NCBI GenBank assembly: GCA_964248365.1
Contig: CAXTYC010000008.1
Span: 1-64,000 of the forward strand
Reading direction: 5' to 3'
Length of the DNA stretch: 64,000 nucleotides
Source of the DNA: an uncultured Chroococcidiopsis sp.
Lineage (GTDB): Bacteria > Cyanobacteriota > Cyanobacteriia > Cyanobacteriales > Chroococcidiopsidaceae
The notes below the pieces were generated by a model. The model ran no database searches. It was not told the DNA's origin and worked only from the letters and a program-made list of their open reading frames with translations. A program made the position numbers and the translations under genes. Positions 27,732 through 39,531 of the stretch are shown one piece after another (position 1 is the first letter of the stretch; every line of letters begins with the position of its first letter).

Positions 27732-28067
27732 ATGCATACAATTACTCGCACTTCAACCACAGATATGGAAGTAACCAGTATCCGTCTGGAGCGGGAACTA
27801 AAAGATAGACTCAAGGAATTGTCCGGCAACTCTGGATATCAAGCCTTGATCCGAGATATCCTGTGGAACTACGTACAGCAAAAATCTGGAGACTGGAAGC
27901 CACAATTTTCCCCTTCTGACATTCGTGCCAGTATTGCCGCCACAGCGCAGACAGAAGAACACTGTGTTCTCACAGGGCAATTAATCCGACCGCAAGAAGC
28001 CATGTTTTTAGGACTCACGACCAAGGGCGACTTAGTTCCCATTAGTATGGAGAGTTTGGCAGGATAA
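27732..28067 (+). CDS. trcR: Ribbon-helix-helix repressor, TrcR (All0854)-like
   Basis: VTSIRLERELKDRLKELSG..GYQALIRDILWNYV RHH; synteny with alr0856/alr0857-like genes and a downstream kinase. Confidence 0.75.
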   Translation: MHTITRTSTTDMEVTSIRLERELKDRLKELSGNSGYQALIRDILWNYVQQKSGDWKPQFSPSDIRASIAATAQTEEHCVLTGQLIRPQEAMFLGLTTKGDLVPISMESLAG

Positions 28068-28438
28068 AACGGGTGACTAGTGGCGAGAGGCGCTCGTGCG
28101 AGAGGCGAGAGGAAGCCTGCGGCAGGGGGGCTGAATACCGCTGAAGGAGAAATTACCTTTTCCTTTTCCCCTTTTCCCTTTTTCTGATTCCTCTAGCCTA
28201 AGCGCCTCTCGCCCCAAGCCCCAAGCCCCTCACTGAATTTGCGTATGTCTTAAATTTATTGAGCTAACAATCCGCGAAAATACCGATTTTGTGCTATTAG
28301 AAGCAAGATAATCTGGACTATCAGAGATCAAAATCAAGTCAAGGCAGAAATAGCCCTAAGTTTTTTTAAAAAATTTAGTGCCTGCTTGGTCACGCTCAGG
28401 TTAATTTGGGCATCCTAAGTAGGAAGGAGTAAGTAAAG

Positions 28439-30592
28439 GTGAGAAAGCGTGTTAGCTCTGACTGGACAATCTATAAAAAATTTGCTGCTAAACGCTGGAG
28501 TCAGGGGATGCCCAAAGTGTCATCCTCAGATGAGCGATTATCATCAACAAGAGTACCAGCAATGAAAAAATTTTCAGTATCGTCAGCACACTGTTCAGGT
28601 TCACACTTGCCTTTGGCAAAACACTCCGTCACACTGATGCCCCATGAGTCAGACCCAGAAAGACTTGAACAACAAATTCATCAAATGATATTAAGTAGCT
28701 CTGTCCCCCAAGCAGTGTTACAGGAGATGGCACAACTGTTAGGATCTGCTTTCCAAGTAGACTGCTGCTGGGTAATGATTACAGCCCAAAACCAAGAAGA
28801 TACAGCAGTAACAGGCAGTTGGTATGCTCCATCACTTGCTGCTCCTACAGGAAAGGAGCAAAAGCAGCTAGTAGAGGCGATCGCATTGATGATGCCAATA
28901 GCTACCGATCTTCTAGTAATTGATGACATCAATGCTGACTCCGCCAGTCCGATGCTCGAATGGCAACATCTAGAGCCTAAGTGGGGGGCAATTTTGCAAA
29001 TCCCCGTAGAGTCTCAAGGCAAACTGATTGGCTCGGTTAGTCTAATGCGCTCCCAACCTTATCATTGGAGTGATTTAGACATAAAACGAGCTAGAGCTAT
29101 AGAGTCATCAGTAGCGATTACCATTTCCCACCTTGCCCAAAATCTTTTAGTCACTTCTTTACAGCAGCAAGTGCAAAGGTCAGCTCTGTCCAAAACCTTG
29201 CTCAACTCTTTGTCAATGCTCAGCCGCAGCTCTTTGGAATTGAATCAAATTCTCCAGATGGCGATCGCAGGAGTGGCTAAAACCCTTGAAGTTACTCGCG
29301 GTTTCATCCTGCTGTTGAGATATGTCGAGCCGCAGCTCAAGACCAGAATTAGAGAAAAAATTCCTAAAGCCAAAGCCAGCGTTGTTTGTGAATGGTCAAA
29401 AGATGACGATTCAGGTGAGTTCCCCAGCGATCAAACTAGTACTTTACTCAATCAGTCCTTTTGGATATCTGAGTGTTTCTTAAGTCAGCTTGCCTTCACC
29501 CACTTTCCTCAACCAGTCATCATCACTGATCAACACGACCTACCCTCAATTGATTGTACAACAGATAATATTGCACCACTATTTAATCTTTCTCACTTAC
29601 CGTCCCTGCTGATGTTACCTCTGGAGAATCAAGGAACGGTATTAGGCTTTTTAGTATTACAGCACTCCAACGTTCGCCCTTGGCATCCAGAGGAAGTATC
29701 ACTTGTAGAAATGGTTAGTGGGCAAATAAGTACAACCATTATTCAAAACCAAACTTTGCGCTCTGTGCAATCCTTGGTAGAAGAGCGTACAAGTCAACTA
29801 CAACGCAGTTTAGAAGTTCAAGGCAAATTGTATGAAAAAACCCGCCAACAGATCGATCAACTGCGGCAACTTAATCAGTTAAAGGATGAATTCTTAAGCA
29901 CTATGAGTCACGAGTTGCGTACACCTCTGACTAATATGAGCTTGGCAATTCGTATGCTACGTCAACCAGGAATTAATCCAGAGCGTCAGGCTAAGTATTT
30001 AGAGATACTAGAGCAGCAGTGTAGTCAAGAAATCAATTTGATCAATGACTTACTTAAGCTCCAGCAACTAGAATCCAATCAAAGTGATTTAAAATTAGAA
30101 ACTATAGATATTAAACCATTACTTAAAGACTTAGCTGACTGTTTCACCCAAAAATGGGCAGATAAGGGATTAGCTATCCAGTTAGATCTACCAAAAACGT
30201 CTTTGCTATTTCAAACCGATACGGAAAGTTTTGAGCGCATTCTTCAGGAACTCCTGACCAATGCTGGCAAGTACTCCGATCCAGACACTACTGTAGTCTT
30301 AAAAGTAGCTCGTCAAGTGGGTGGGCAAACTAATCAAATAGTGCTAACTCTGACTAACATTGGTTCTGGCATTTCTCCAGAGGACTTAGACCACATATTT
30401 GACAAGTTTAGGCGTGGTCAAGGAGTTACTCAACAAGCGATCCAAGGTACTGGTTTGGGGCTTGCTCTGGTAAAGTGCTTAGTACAGCAGTTAAATGGCA
30501 GCATCTGTGCTACCACTAGCCCTATTGATGATTCTTCTGCTTATGAAACCTGCTTTACCCTGACTCTTGGGCAGTTACTTAGTCCTAGCTAA
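28439..30592 (+). CDS. GAF-GAF sensor histidine kinase (start uncertain)
   Basis: EFLSTMSHELRTPL H-box, ELLTNAGKY, GTGLGL. Confidence 0.9.
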   Translation: MRKRVSSDWTIYKKFAAKRWSQGMPKVSSSDERLSSTRVPAMKKFSVSSAHCSGSHLPLAKHSVTLMPHESDPERLEQQIHQMILSSSVPQAVLQEMAQLLGSAFQVDCCWVMITAQNQEDTAVTGSWYAPSLAAPTGKEQKQLVEAIALMMPIATDLLVIDDINADSASPMLEWQHLEPKWGAILQIPVESQGKLIGSVSLMRSQPYHWSDLDIKRARAIESSVAITISHLAQNLLVTSLQQQVQRSALSKTLLNSLSMLSRSSLELNQILQMAIAGVAKTLEVTRGFILLLRYVEPQLKTRIREKIPKAKASVVCEWSKDDDSGEFPSDQTSTLLNQSFWISECFLSQLAFTHFPQPVIITDQHDLPSIDCTTDNIAPLFNLSHLPSLLMLPLENQGTVLGFLVLQHSNVRPWHPEEVSLVEMVSGQISTTIIQNQTLRSVQSLVEERTSQLQRSLEVQGKLYEKTRQQIDQLRQLNQLKDEFLSTMSHELRTPLTNMSLAIRMLRQPGINPERQAKYLEILEQQCSQEINLINDLLKLQQLESNQSDLKLETIDIKPLLKDLADCFTQKWADKGLAIQLDLPKTSLLFQTDTESFERILQELLTNAGKYSDPDTTVVLKVARQVGGQTNQIVLTLTNIGSGISPEDLDHIFDKFRRGQGVTQQAIQGTGLGLALVKCLVQQLNGSICATTSPIDDSSAYETCFTLTLGQLLSPS

Positions 30593-30606
30593 ACTATAAT
30601 CTAACT

Positions 30607-31182
30607 GTGAGCGAACAATACGATACCAATCTGGAAGTAGATTTTGCTGGCGATCTTGACCAGATCGATACCTCCTCCCTCGATCAGTCTGTGGAAGTAC
30701 AAACTGAGGAAGTAGCACAACGCCAGCGACAAATCACCGCCAAAATTCAAATTCCCCACTCAGTAGAGCAAGTTTGGCAAGTTTTAACAGACTACGAGGC
30801 TTTGGCTGACTTTATCCCTAATCTTGCTAAAAGCTGTCGGCTCAAGCATCCAAACGGAGGAATTCGCCTAGAGCAAGTCGGTACTCAACGGTTGCTGCGA
30901 TTTAACTTTTCGGCGCGGGTGGTTTTAGATTTAGAGGAAAGATTTCCCCATGAAATCCTTTTCGATATGGTTGAAGGGGATTTGAATGCTTATTTTGGTA
31001 AGTGGTTGCTAGAACCTTATACACTCTGCGATCAAAGAGGAACAAATCTTTGCTATACCGTGCGGGTGTGGCCTAAGCGTACCATGCCAGTTGCTCTGAT
31101 TGAGCGCCGTCTTAGCAGCGATTTACGGCTAAATCTCTTGGCAATTCGCCAGCGAGTAGAGAAGTTATTTAGCAATGCTTAG
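30607..31182 (+). CDS. SRPBCC/polyketide cyclase-dehydrase family protein
   Basis: VWQVLTDYEALADFIPNL, FDMVEGD. Confidence 0.85.
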   Translation: MSEQYDTNLEVDFAGDLDQIDTSSLDQSVEVQTEEVAQRQRQITAKIQIPHSVEQVWQVLTDYEALADFIPNLAKSCRLKHPNGGIRLEQVGTQRLLRFNFSARVVLDLEERFPHEILFDMVEGDLNAYFGKWLLEPYTLCDQRGTNLCYTVRVWPKRTMPVALIERRLSSDLRLNLLAIRQRVEKLFSNA

Positions 31183-31579
31183 CGAGTGTGCGATCGCCTT
31201 TTAAGCAATGATTACAAATCTTTGCCTAAAGTCCCTATGTTGATTATTTATAAACTTACTTTTGGTGTATAATACTTAATTATCTTTGTTCACTTTTTTG
31301 AGCGCTCTAACTTTAAATTAATTTAAATATCTTTACAATTCGCAACACTAATAGACAAAAAATTAAGAAATTATTAGGAAACTCATTAATTATTACTATT
31401 GGTGGGAGACTAAATTTTGGTTCAAACGGGGTCAGCTAATATAAAGACCCTGAATATATAATTATAATCCAACAGATCAAAGGGTTCAACAAAAATAAAA
31501 GATACCAAAGTTAATAAAACTATAAAATCTCAAGTGCCAGACTGCCACATGGTAGTACTGGCGCTTTTAAATTAGTTAG

Positions 31580-31855
31580 GAGGCTAGGGGCTAGGGGCTA
31601 GGGGCTGGGAAAAGGGAAAGCGAAAAGTGGAGCGGGTGACGGGTACGTGGGGGTCTCCCCAAGTGGAGCATCCCGCGCTTTTGTGTTTTTACATTAGGGG
31701 TTTCCCCGTCAGAACCCCAGCAATTCATGCCAACAGACGGGGTTTCCCCCTCTTTTCCCCCAACTTTTCAAGAGAAGGGAAAAGGGAAAAGTATAAATTA
31801 ACAATTCAGCCCCCCTGCCCCCCTGCTTTCCCTAGCCCCTAGCCCCTAGCCTCTG
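31580..31855. repeat. STRR heptamer (ggggcta/tagcccc, gggaaaa) inverted array with nested palindromic elements
   Basis: Tandem heptamers; similar arrays at ~3090-3225, 28080-28230, 36755-36860, 49380-49512, 59470-59610. Confidence 0.8.
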
Positions 31856-31866
31856 GTTCCACTAGC

Positions 31867-34677
31867 CTAAGCGCCCTTATGCCGCCAGCGAATAAACAAC
31901 TTCTCCAGTTCTATCCACACAAACATCAAACTACTAAAGCCAAAACAAATTGCCAATTCCGGTAGACTGAGTATGTGAGTACCAAAGAAGGCTCGTAGTG
32001 GCGGAACGTAAATTAGCAACATTTGCAAAATTGTAGTTACAACTACAGCCCCCAGCACGTAGGGATTCGAGAATGGATTCATTTGGATAAACAACCTTGT
32101 GTTGGAGCGAATCGCTAAGGCATGACCCATCTGAGCTAAACAGAGGGTTGTAAATACCATTGTCTTCCAGCGATCGCGATCAAGTGTAGGAGTGACAACC
32201 GCTTTGGAGTGAAAATAAGCCCATTCCATCAGCACAATGCTGAGAATGGCAAAAATAATCCCAATGCGGATCATGTACCATCCCAATCCCCTGGCGAAAA
32301 TACTCTCACGGGGACTGAAGGGCGGACGCTTCATCACGTTGGGTTCAGCGGGTTCGACAGCCAAAGCAAGGGCAGGTAAACCATCTGTCACCAAGTTCAT
32401 CCAGAGAATTTGCAGGGGCGACAGGGGAACACCACCTAATCCCAGGATAGGTGCGGCGGCAATTGTCAATACCTCACCGATGTTGCTACCGAGAATGTAT
32501 TTGATAAAGCGGCGAATATTAGTGTAGACAACTCTACCTTCTTCAGTTGCAGCGACGATTGTAGCAAAGTTGTCATCTAACAGTACCATGTCACTGGCTT
32601 CTTTACTCACGTCAGTGCCAGTGATACCCATAGCGATACCAATATCAGCTTGTTTGAGGGCAGGGGCATCATTAACCCCATCTCCCGTCATTGCTACAAA
32701 TTTGCCTCGGCGTTGCAGTGCTTGGACAATGCGTAATTTGTGTTCTGGAGACACCCTAGCGTAGATGCTAACACGATCAACTTCTTGCTCTAGCTCAGGT
32801 TGGCTCATGCGTTCCAATTCTTGACCAGTTAGAACTTGATCGCCCGCTTGGGCAATTCCCAAATCGATGGCGATCGCTTTTGCTGTTAATTGGTGGTCGC
32901 CAGTAATCATCACTGGGCGAATCCCCGCATCTTGGCATCGGGCTACTGCATCTCGCACCTCTGGTCTAGGTGCATCGAGCATTCCCACCAGTCCTAGCCA
33001 AACTAAATCCCGTTCCGATGTTTCTTCCGACTTTTCTGGTGGTAGTTGATGCAAGGGTTTGTAGGCAAAGCCCAAAACGCGCAAACCATTACCTGCCATT
33101 GTGTCATTTTGCGCTAGGATTTGCCGACGTTGAGCATCGATTATCGGCACAGCGCGATCGCCTGTATGAATTCGATTGCACCGCGCTAAAACTAGCTCTG
33201 GTGAGCCTTTGGTAAACATGATGTAATCTTCATCTGGTGCTAACCTCCTTCCACCTACCCCACTGCTAGCCTCTGAACGCACAATGCTACAAATTACACT
33301 CATTCGCTTGCGTTCCGAGGAAAAGGGAAATTCCAAAACACGGGGTAAGCGACTCGCCCACTGGTCTTTTTCAACGCCTCCTTTACCTGCTAGAGTTAAC
33401 AGTGCGCCCTCGGTTGGATCTCCTAAAATTATCCACTGCCCATCTTTTTGTTGCAAAGTAGAATCATTACAAAGCGCACAAGCGATCAGCATTGCTTCTA
33501 TTTCAGGATGCTCGTCAGGATCGACTGTGTGAGTGTCAAGCAAAAACTCGCCGCGGGGAGTGTAACCCTCGCCTGTTACCCGCAGGGATTTATTATTCAT
33601 TTCAATCGCCTGCACCACCATTTTATTTTGTGTCAGGGTTCCAGTTTTATCTGAGCAAATGGTGGTAACACTACCCAAAGTTTCCACCGCTGGCAGTTTA
33701 CGAATGAGTGCCTGACGGCGTACCATTCGTTGAGTTCCCAGTGCCAAGGTGACAGTGATTACAGCTGGCAAGCCTTCTGGTACTACGGCAACAGCCATAC
33801 TCAGAGAAACTTCCAATAGGTCTTCAAAAGCGCCCCAGCCTAGGCGGAGTACTCCGCCTATCACTACCAGAGCAACTAAGATGAGAGAACCGGATACCAG
33901 CACATTACCAAGCTGAGCCATTCGCTGCTGTAAGGGAGTTGGTTCACTCTCTACCCCTTGGATCATGGCAGCGATTTTGCCCAATTCAGTCTGCATTCCA
34001 GTGCCTGTGACGATCACCTTAGCGCGTCCTTGGACAACTTCTGTGCCTTGAAATACCATGTTGATGCGATCGCCTATTCCGGTTTCTTCCGGCACTTGAA
34101 TATCTGCTTGTTTTTCCGCTGCTGCCGCTTCACCAGTTAGGGCAGATTCTCGCACTTGCAGGTTAGATTCTTCAACTAAACGTCCGTCTGCTGAAAGCTG
34201 AACCCCAGCTTCTAGCAGCATGATATCTCCAGGTACGAGTTGCTTTGCCTCAACCTCAACCAATTTGCCGTCGCGCTGCACTCTCACCAAAGGAGCTGAT
34301 AGACGTTTGAGCGCTGCTAAAGCTTTTTCAGCGCGGCTTTCTTGGACATAGCCCAGAATGCCGTTGAGGATGACAATCAAACTAATGGCGATCGCATCTT
34401 TGGGAAAGTTGTTACCACGTAAATCTAGAACCGCAGATACTATTGCCACTGCGATCAGCATCAATAACATAATGTTTTTGAACTGATCGAGCAAAATCGT
34501 GATGGCGCTGCGTCCGCCAGTTTCTTCTAGTTCGTTGAGTCCGTACTGTTGTAGCCGCTGTTGCACTTGCTGGGTGCTTAAGCCACTATTGCGATCGCTC
34601 TCTAACAGTTGTATTGTCTTATCAACTTCTAGGGCGTGCCAGACGGCGGTTGGTTTGGGTTGAGAATGTGCAGACAT
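31867..34677 (-). CDS. Cation-transporting P-type ATPase, type IIA (PacL-like)
   Basis: [29 protein letters not shown]. Confidence 0.95.
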   Translation of the reverse strand: MSAHSQPKPTAVWHALEVDKTIQLLESDRNSGLSTQQVQQRLQQYGLNELEETGGRSAITILLDQFKNIMLLMLIAVAIVSAVLDLRGNNFPKDAIAISLIVILNGILGYVQESRAEKALAALKRLSAPLVRVQRDGKLVEVEAKQLVPGDIMLLEAGVQLSADGRLVEESNLQVRESALTGEAAAAEKQADIQVPEETGIGDRINMVFQGTEVVQGRAKVIVTGTGMQTELGKIAAMIQGVESEPTPLQQRMAQLGNVLVSGSLILVALVVIGGVLRLGWGAFEDLLEVSLSMAVAVVPEGLPAVITVTLALGTQRMVRRQALIRKLPAVETLGSVTTICSDKTGTLTQNKMVVQAIEMNNKSLRVTGEGYTPRGEFLLDTHTVDPDEHPEIEAMLIACALCNDSTLQQKDGQWIILGDPTEGALLTLAGKGGVEKDQWASRLPRVLEFPFSSERKRMSVICSIVRSEASSGVGGRRLAPDEDYIMFTKGSPELVLARCNRIHTGDRAVPIIDAQRRQILAQNDTMAGNGLRVLGFAYKPLHQLPPEKSEETSERDLVWLGLVGMLDAPRPEVRDAVARCQDAGIRPVMITGDHQLTAKAIAIDLGIAQAGDQVLTGQELERMSQPELEQEVDRVSIYARVSPEHKLRIVQALQRRGKFVAMTGDGVNDAPALKQADIGIAMGITGTDVSKEASDMVLLDDNFATIVAATEEGRVVYTNIRRFIKYILGSNIGEVLTIAAAPILGLGGVPLSPLQILWMNLVTDGLPALALAVEPAEPNVMKRPPFSPRESIFARGLGWYMIRIGIIFAILSIVLMEWAYFHSKAVVTPTLDRDRWKTMVFTTLCLAQMGHALAIRSNTRLFIQMNPFSNPYVLGAVVVTTILQMLLIYVPPLRAFFGTHILSLPELAICFGFSSLMFVWIELEKLFIRWRHKGA

Positions 34678-35094
34678 GGATAGCCAGGAGAATGCTTCTT
34701 GAACATAATCATAAATTAGACATCATATTTGAGCTATCACTAGTGGCGAGTCTAAGAGTGAAAAGATAGAAATCAGGAGTTGTGGAGTCAGAAGACAGAA
34801 GACACAAGACAGAAGACACAAGACAGAATATTTAATTCCCCCTTGCCCCCTTGTCCTCAACACTAGCCCCTAATACGATCGCCCCTCTATTTACCTGGCA
34901 TCACTCTTGTGACTGTTATGTGTTCCTAACTAACAGTTTAAAATTCTTAAAAGTGTTTAGGATTTTATCAAGTTCACAAATTGGCTTTGATCAAACCCCA
35001 CCCCTGCGTCCTCTTGTTTCTCGCTTTGTACTATAGTATGGGCGAACCGCCCATAGTTCCTAGCCTCTAGCCTCTAGCCCCTAGCCCCTCCATT

Positions 35095-36747
35095 ATGATC
35101 GCCACATCTGTTTCTACCACCCAGACAATTCGACCAATTGGCGCTGCTGCCTTATACGGCATTGCCTGCTTTCAAAATCAGCTCTTAGCTATTGATACAG
35201 TTAAAGGGCATCTACTACAAATTGACCCAGGCACGGATAACAGCACAATATTGAACTTTCGTCAAGTAGCTTCTTTTGTAGATGTCACAGGTCTAGCTGT
35301 GTGGGAAGATACCCTTTGGTGTACGCGGGAAAACACGGTCTACTCGTGCCAGATGGGAGATTATACCCTCAAGCCTTTTGTTGACCTACCCTATCGGGCA
35401 GATGGTGTTGCCGTTTGGCAAACAACCGTATATGTTACCTGTCAAAAAGCTGGCTACATATTCATTTTTGATCGGACGACTGGTCGCTCTATTACCAGGT
35501 TTTATGCCCCTGGAGTTGGAGTAGAAAATATTACTGTGCGACAGGAGGAACTGTGGATATGCGATCGCACTGAACAAACGGTCTACTGTCTTGATCGTGC
35601 AACCGGAGAAATCAAATTTAGTGTTTTGACTCCGTTTGAATGTCCGACTGGCTTAACTTTCTATCCCAATGGGCAATCAAAAGAAGCAACGCTTTATGTT
35701 GCTTACGCCAGTGAAGAACCTTACATTCGGGATAACCCGAATCAGGAACCGCCCCATGAATTAACCTACCGCGATCGCACTTTCATTCACCCGCTACATT
35801 ATCATTACGACCCAGCCAAACGCTATGCCTTATCCAACGGCTATCTGATTGAAATGTCTTATGTAGAGGAGCTAGATCCTTTAGAAGAGGTAGACGTAGA
35901 ACAGGTAGAGTGGCGAATTGCCTTACCAGCCGAAACTGATCGCCAAAAGGTACGACATATCGAACCAATTGGTTTACCCTTTAGCGAAGAACTACAAGAA
36001 GGACAACGGGTAGCAGTATTTAAATTGGATCGTTTGCAACCAGGCGATCGCCACTTGTTTGGTTGGAAAGCGCTTTTAGAAGTCCGAGGAATTAAGTACC
36101 GCTTCACGCCAAAAGACACACAAAAGATTCCTCCTCTTTCACCGCAATTCCAACAGCGCTATCTGGTTGATGATGACGAATTAGCGATGGATACATCTAT
36201 CGTTCGCCGCGCCGCCGAGGAAGCGATCGGGACTGAAACCAATCTGCTGCGGAAAATGTACAACATTCGTAACTACGTCTACGATCAGTTGTCCTACGGC
36301 ATTAAACCTCACATTGACACACCAGACGTGGTGCTAGAAAGGGGTATAGGCTCTTGTGGTGAGTATGTGGGCGTTTTACTTGCCTTAATGCGGTTGAATG
36401 GCATTGCCTGTCGCACTATTGGTCGCTACAAGTGTCCTTCCTATGCCGATTATCAGCGTGTACCACTACAACCAGACTTTAATCATGTGTGGCTAGAATT
36501 TTACTTGCCTGGATTAGATCTTTGGCTACCGATGGAATCAAACCCTGATGATGTGGTAGAACAAGGTCCCTATCCCACCAGGTTTTTTATGGGTTTAGCT
36601 TGGTATCACATTGAAATTGGCAAAGGAATTACGTTTGAAAGTATCAAAAGCAAAGAAGTACAGCTAAACAAGGAAGAAATTTCAATTGGCAATTTAGCAA
36701 TTAATCATATTCGGTTCACAATTCTCGAAGAACTGCCACCTTTTTAG
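35095..36747 (+). CDS. Transglutaminase-like domain protein with N-terminal beta-propeller
   Basis: GSCGEY (Cys) and FNHVWLEFY (His) motifs; repeated beta-strand N-terminus. Confidence 0.82.
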   Translation: MIATSVSTTQTIRPIGAAALYGIACFQNQLLAIDTVKGHLLQIDPGTDNSTILNFRQVASFVDVTGLAVWEDTLWCTRENTVYSCQMGDYTLKPFVDLPYRADGVAVWQTTVYVTCQKAGYIFIFDRTTGRSITRFYAPGVGVENITVRQEELWICDRTEQTVYCLDRATGEIKFSVLTPFECPTGLTFYPNGQSKEATLYVAYASEEPYIRDNPNQEPPHELTYRDRTFIHPLHYHYDPAKRYALSNGYLIEMSYVEELDPLEEVDVEQVEWRIALPAETDRQKVRHIEPIGLPFSEELQEGQRVAVFKLDRLQPGDRHLFGWKALLEVRGIKYRFTPKDTQKIPPLSPQFQQRYLVDDDELAMDTSIVRRAAEEAIGTETNLLRKMYNIRNYVYDQLSYGIKPHIDTPDVVLERGIGSCGEYVGVLLALMRLNGIACRTIGRYKCPSYADYQRVPLQPDFNHVWLEFYLPGLDLWLPMESNPDDVVEQGPYPTRFFMGLAWYHIEIGKGITFESIKSKEVQLNKEEISIGNLAINHIRFTILEELPPF

Positions 36748-36905
36748 AGAGACTGGGGGCTGGGGGCTAGGGGCTAGAGGAAAGCAGGGGGGCAGAGTTG
36801 CCCAGGGGCAGATGAAAGAATTAAATATTCTGTCTTCTGTCTCCTGACTCCTGGCTCCTGTTTTCTATCTTTTCACTACTTTTCTACTCACTGTTCACTA
36901 CAAAT

Positions 36906-38054
36906 ATGCATCGTCGTCAATTTTTACAATATGCCAGTTTAGCTGGAACTGGATTTGCATTTGCTGCTTGTAGTCAGGGCAATAATTCTAATTCTTCAAC
37001 GGGACAATCTAACTCACAAGCGTCACCCCTCGCCGCAAATGAACCGTTGAAGGTGGGATTTGTTTACGTTGGTCCTGTGGGTGATTTTGGTTGGACTCAT
37101 GCCCATGATTTAGGTCGAAGGGAAATGGAAGCCAATCTCAAAGGCAAGGTGGTGAGTAAGTATGTGGAAAGTGTCAGCGAAGGCGCAGACGCGGAGCGAG
37201 TAATTCGCCAGTTAGCGCTAGATGGCAACAAATTGATTTTTACTACTTCCTTTGGCTTCATGAATCCGACACTTAAGGTGGCAAAAAACTTTCCTAATGT
37301 TGCCTTTGAACACTGTACAGGCTATAAACGCGCTGCCAATGTCGGGACTTATATGGGACGGTTTGAAGAACCCCGCTATTTAACTGGCATGATTGCGGGT
37401 AAGATGACAAAATCAAATATTATTGGCTATCTCGGTGCTTTTCCAATCCCAGAGGTGATTCGGGGAATTGGTGCTTTTACCCAAGGACTACGGGCGGTAA
37501 ATCCTAAAGCAACGGTCAAAGTGGTTTGGGTGCAAAGTTGGTATGATCCGGCAAAAGAACGAGATGCAGCTGGAGCCTTGATTAACGCAGGTGCAGATGT
37601 GTTAGCACAGCACACTGACTCTGCTGCTACTGTTGGGCTAGCCCAGGAAAGGGGAATTTATGCCTTTGGTTACAACACCGATATGAGTAAGTTCGGTGCT
37701 AAAGCTCATTTGACTTCTGCCATTAATACCTGGGGCGAATTCTATACAGCAAAAGCCCAGGCTGTATTAGACGGCACATGGAAGCCCCAGAACGTATGGG
37801 CAGGTATTGGTGAAGGTATGGTAGATATTTCTCCCATGAATGACGCCATTGGTCAAGATGTGCAGAAATTAGTAATGGCAAAGCGCCTGGAGTTAATTAA
37901 AGGTACTGCCCATCCATTTGAGGGACCAGTCAAAGATCAAACTGGGACAGTAAGAGTACCGCTCGGTCAGGTATTAGATGATCAAGCTCAACTCGCAATG
38001 GACTGGTATGTACAGGGCATTGAGGGAGCAATCCCAAAAGGGGCTAGTAGCTAG
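36906..38054 (+). CDS. BMP-family nucleoside/purine ABC substrate-binding lipoprotein
   Basis: Tat/lipobox (RR..FAAC), VGFVYVGPVGDFGW, SWYDPAKE. Confidence 0.9.
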   Translation: MHRRQFLQYASLAGTGFAFAACSQGNNSNSSTGQSNSQASPLAANEPLKVGFVYVGPVGDFGWTHAHDLGRREMEANLKGKVVSKYVESVSEGADAERVIRQLALDGNKLIFTTSFGFMNPTLKVAKNFPNVAFEHCTGYKRAANVGTYMGRFEEPRYLTGMIAGKMTKSNIIGYLGAFPIPEVIRGIGAFTQGLRAVNPKATVKVVWVQSWYDPAKERDAAGALINAGADVLAQHTDSAATVGLAQERGIYAFGYNTDMSKFGAKAHLTSAINTWGEFYTAKAQAVLDGTWKPQNVWAGIGEGMVDISPMNDAIGQDVQKLVMAKRLELIKGTAHPFEGPVKDQTGTVRVPLGQVLDDQAQLAMDWYVQGIEGAIPKGASS

Positions 38055-38077
38055 GATAATAATTCATAGTTCCTAAG

Positions 38078-38491
38078 CTAACAGCTAATAGCTTTTTTAG
38101 TGGCGGGTTGTCTTTTGGTAGCTAAAAGTTGTTCAATTTGCTGTAATATTGCCTCTAATCCAGCATCTTTAGCTAAAAAACCATCAGCTTCAGGACAAAT
38201 TTCTTGACCTATTTCTAATTCACTTCTACTTAAAAATCCTGTTGCTAATATGAGCAAAGGAGGGTTAGGTAAAGTTGCTTTTAGTAGACAAATTAGCTCA
38301 CAGCCATCTATTTCTTTTTCATAATTAGCACATGGCATAGAGTAATCTACTATCACTAAGTCATAGGAGTCTGGTTTTTGTAGAAAAGCAGACACTTTTG
38401 TAAAGATAGTGACTTCAAACTCTCGGTTTAAAAAATGCTTAAGAGATAAGCAGTAAAGTTCATTATCATCTATTACAGCAATTTTGTACAT
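38078..38491 (-). CDS. Single-domain response regulator
   Basis: VIDD, IVDYSMP, FLAK. Confidence 0.88.
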   Translation of the reverse strand: MYKIAVIDDNELYCLSLKHFLNREFEVTIFTKVSAFLQKPDSYDLVIVDYSMPCANYEKEIDGCELICLLKATLPNPPLLILATGFLSRSELEIGQEICPEADGFLAKDAGLEAILQQIEQLLATKRQPATKKAISC

Positions 38492-38733
38492 CTGTTCTAC
38501 CTTCTAAGCCAATAATGTGCTTCTAATATTTTCGCTAAAACTATTTTCCTCCTAAATTGGAGATTTGGATGGAAAAGTTAAAAAAACATTAAAATTCGAT
38601 GATTTTTTACGTCCTTGTGCATAGTGACTACTTCTTCATCTATCTTTAGATAGGTTTCCTTGTAACCAAAGGAAGTAGTAAGAGGTAAGTAATTCTACTC
38701 ATTATTCCCTAGAGTGAAAACCCCAGGCTATAC

Positions 38734-39126
38734 TTATACCTTGCACAATTGATGAATCAAATCTAAGAGGGCGGCATAATCGGTAATCGGTTTGGCAATG
38801 AACTCATCGGCTTGCGAATTTTCAAGCAGAACTTTTCGCTCGGCGATCATTGCATAGGCTGTCACTAAGATGATGGGAATATGGGCTGTGGGCGGATGAT
38901 TTTTTAAAATACGAGCTAAGTCAGCGCCACTAACTGCCGTCTCTTGCCACTGCGCGTGGGGCAGGTTAACATCCATAATTACCAAATCTACATCTTTAGC
39001 TTCGCATCGCCAGAAAATTTCTGCAGGCTCGTCTGTGATGTAAACATTGTGACCACCAATTCTGTGAATAAGTTTAGCGGTACTATAAGCTAAAGCGTAG
39101 TCATCATCAACAAGTAATATGTTCAA
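38734..39126 (-). CDS. Single-domain response regulator
   Basis: LVDDD, MDVNLP, VTAYA, IAKP. Confidence 0.9.
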   Translation of the reverse strand: MNILLVDDDYALAYSTAKLIHRIGGHNVYITDEPAEIFWRCEAKDVDLVIMDVNLPHAQWQETAVSGADLARILKNHPPTAHIPIILVTAYAMIAERKVLLENSQADEFIAKPITDYAALLDLIHQLCKV

Positions 39127-39531
39127 TATACCTTTAACAACTCCCTCCTTTGCTCTCTTGTGAGTGCTATAAATGACAGTTGTGGCACAGATGACATCAA
39201 GTGTATTGCACTAATATAATTTAACAGTTTCTGTTATTATCTACTTCGTTCTATTGATACAAAATATGTAAAAGCAAATACAACTATAAATATAATAATT
39301 TTATTGAAATATATAAAGCCAAATCTGACTGTAGATATAAAAAGTGTATTGGAATAATTTATAATTATTAAAAAAGTTACAAGGATTGTAAATACAACTT
39401 TTCTAAGCTCTAGGTGCATATAAGTTGCATTTTATGCCGCACCACAAACTTTATGCGGGTGCGTTAGGTCTTTGCCCTAACGCACCCTACAATGGTGCTT
39501 TACATTTGGTAACTGGTAACTGGTAACGGGT

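Noticed and set aside
31627..31842. 71-aa ORF
   Set aside because: Made entirely of intergenic repeat sequence
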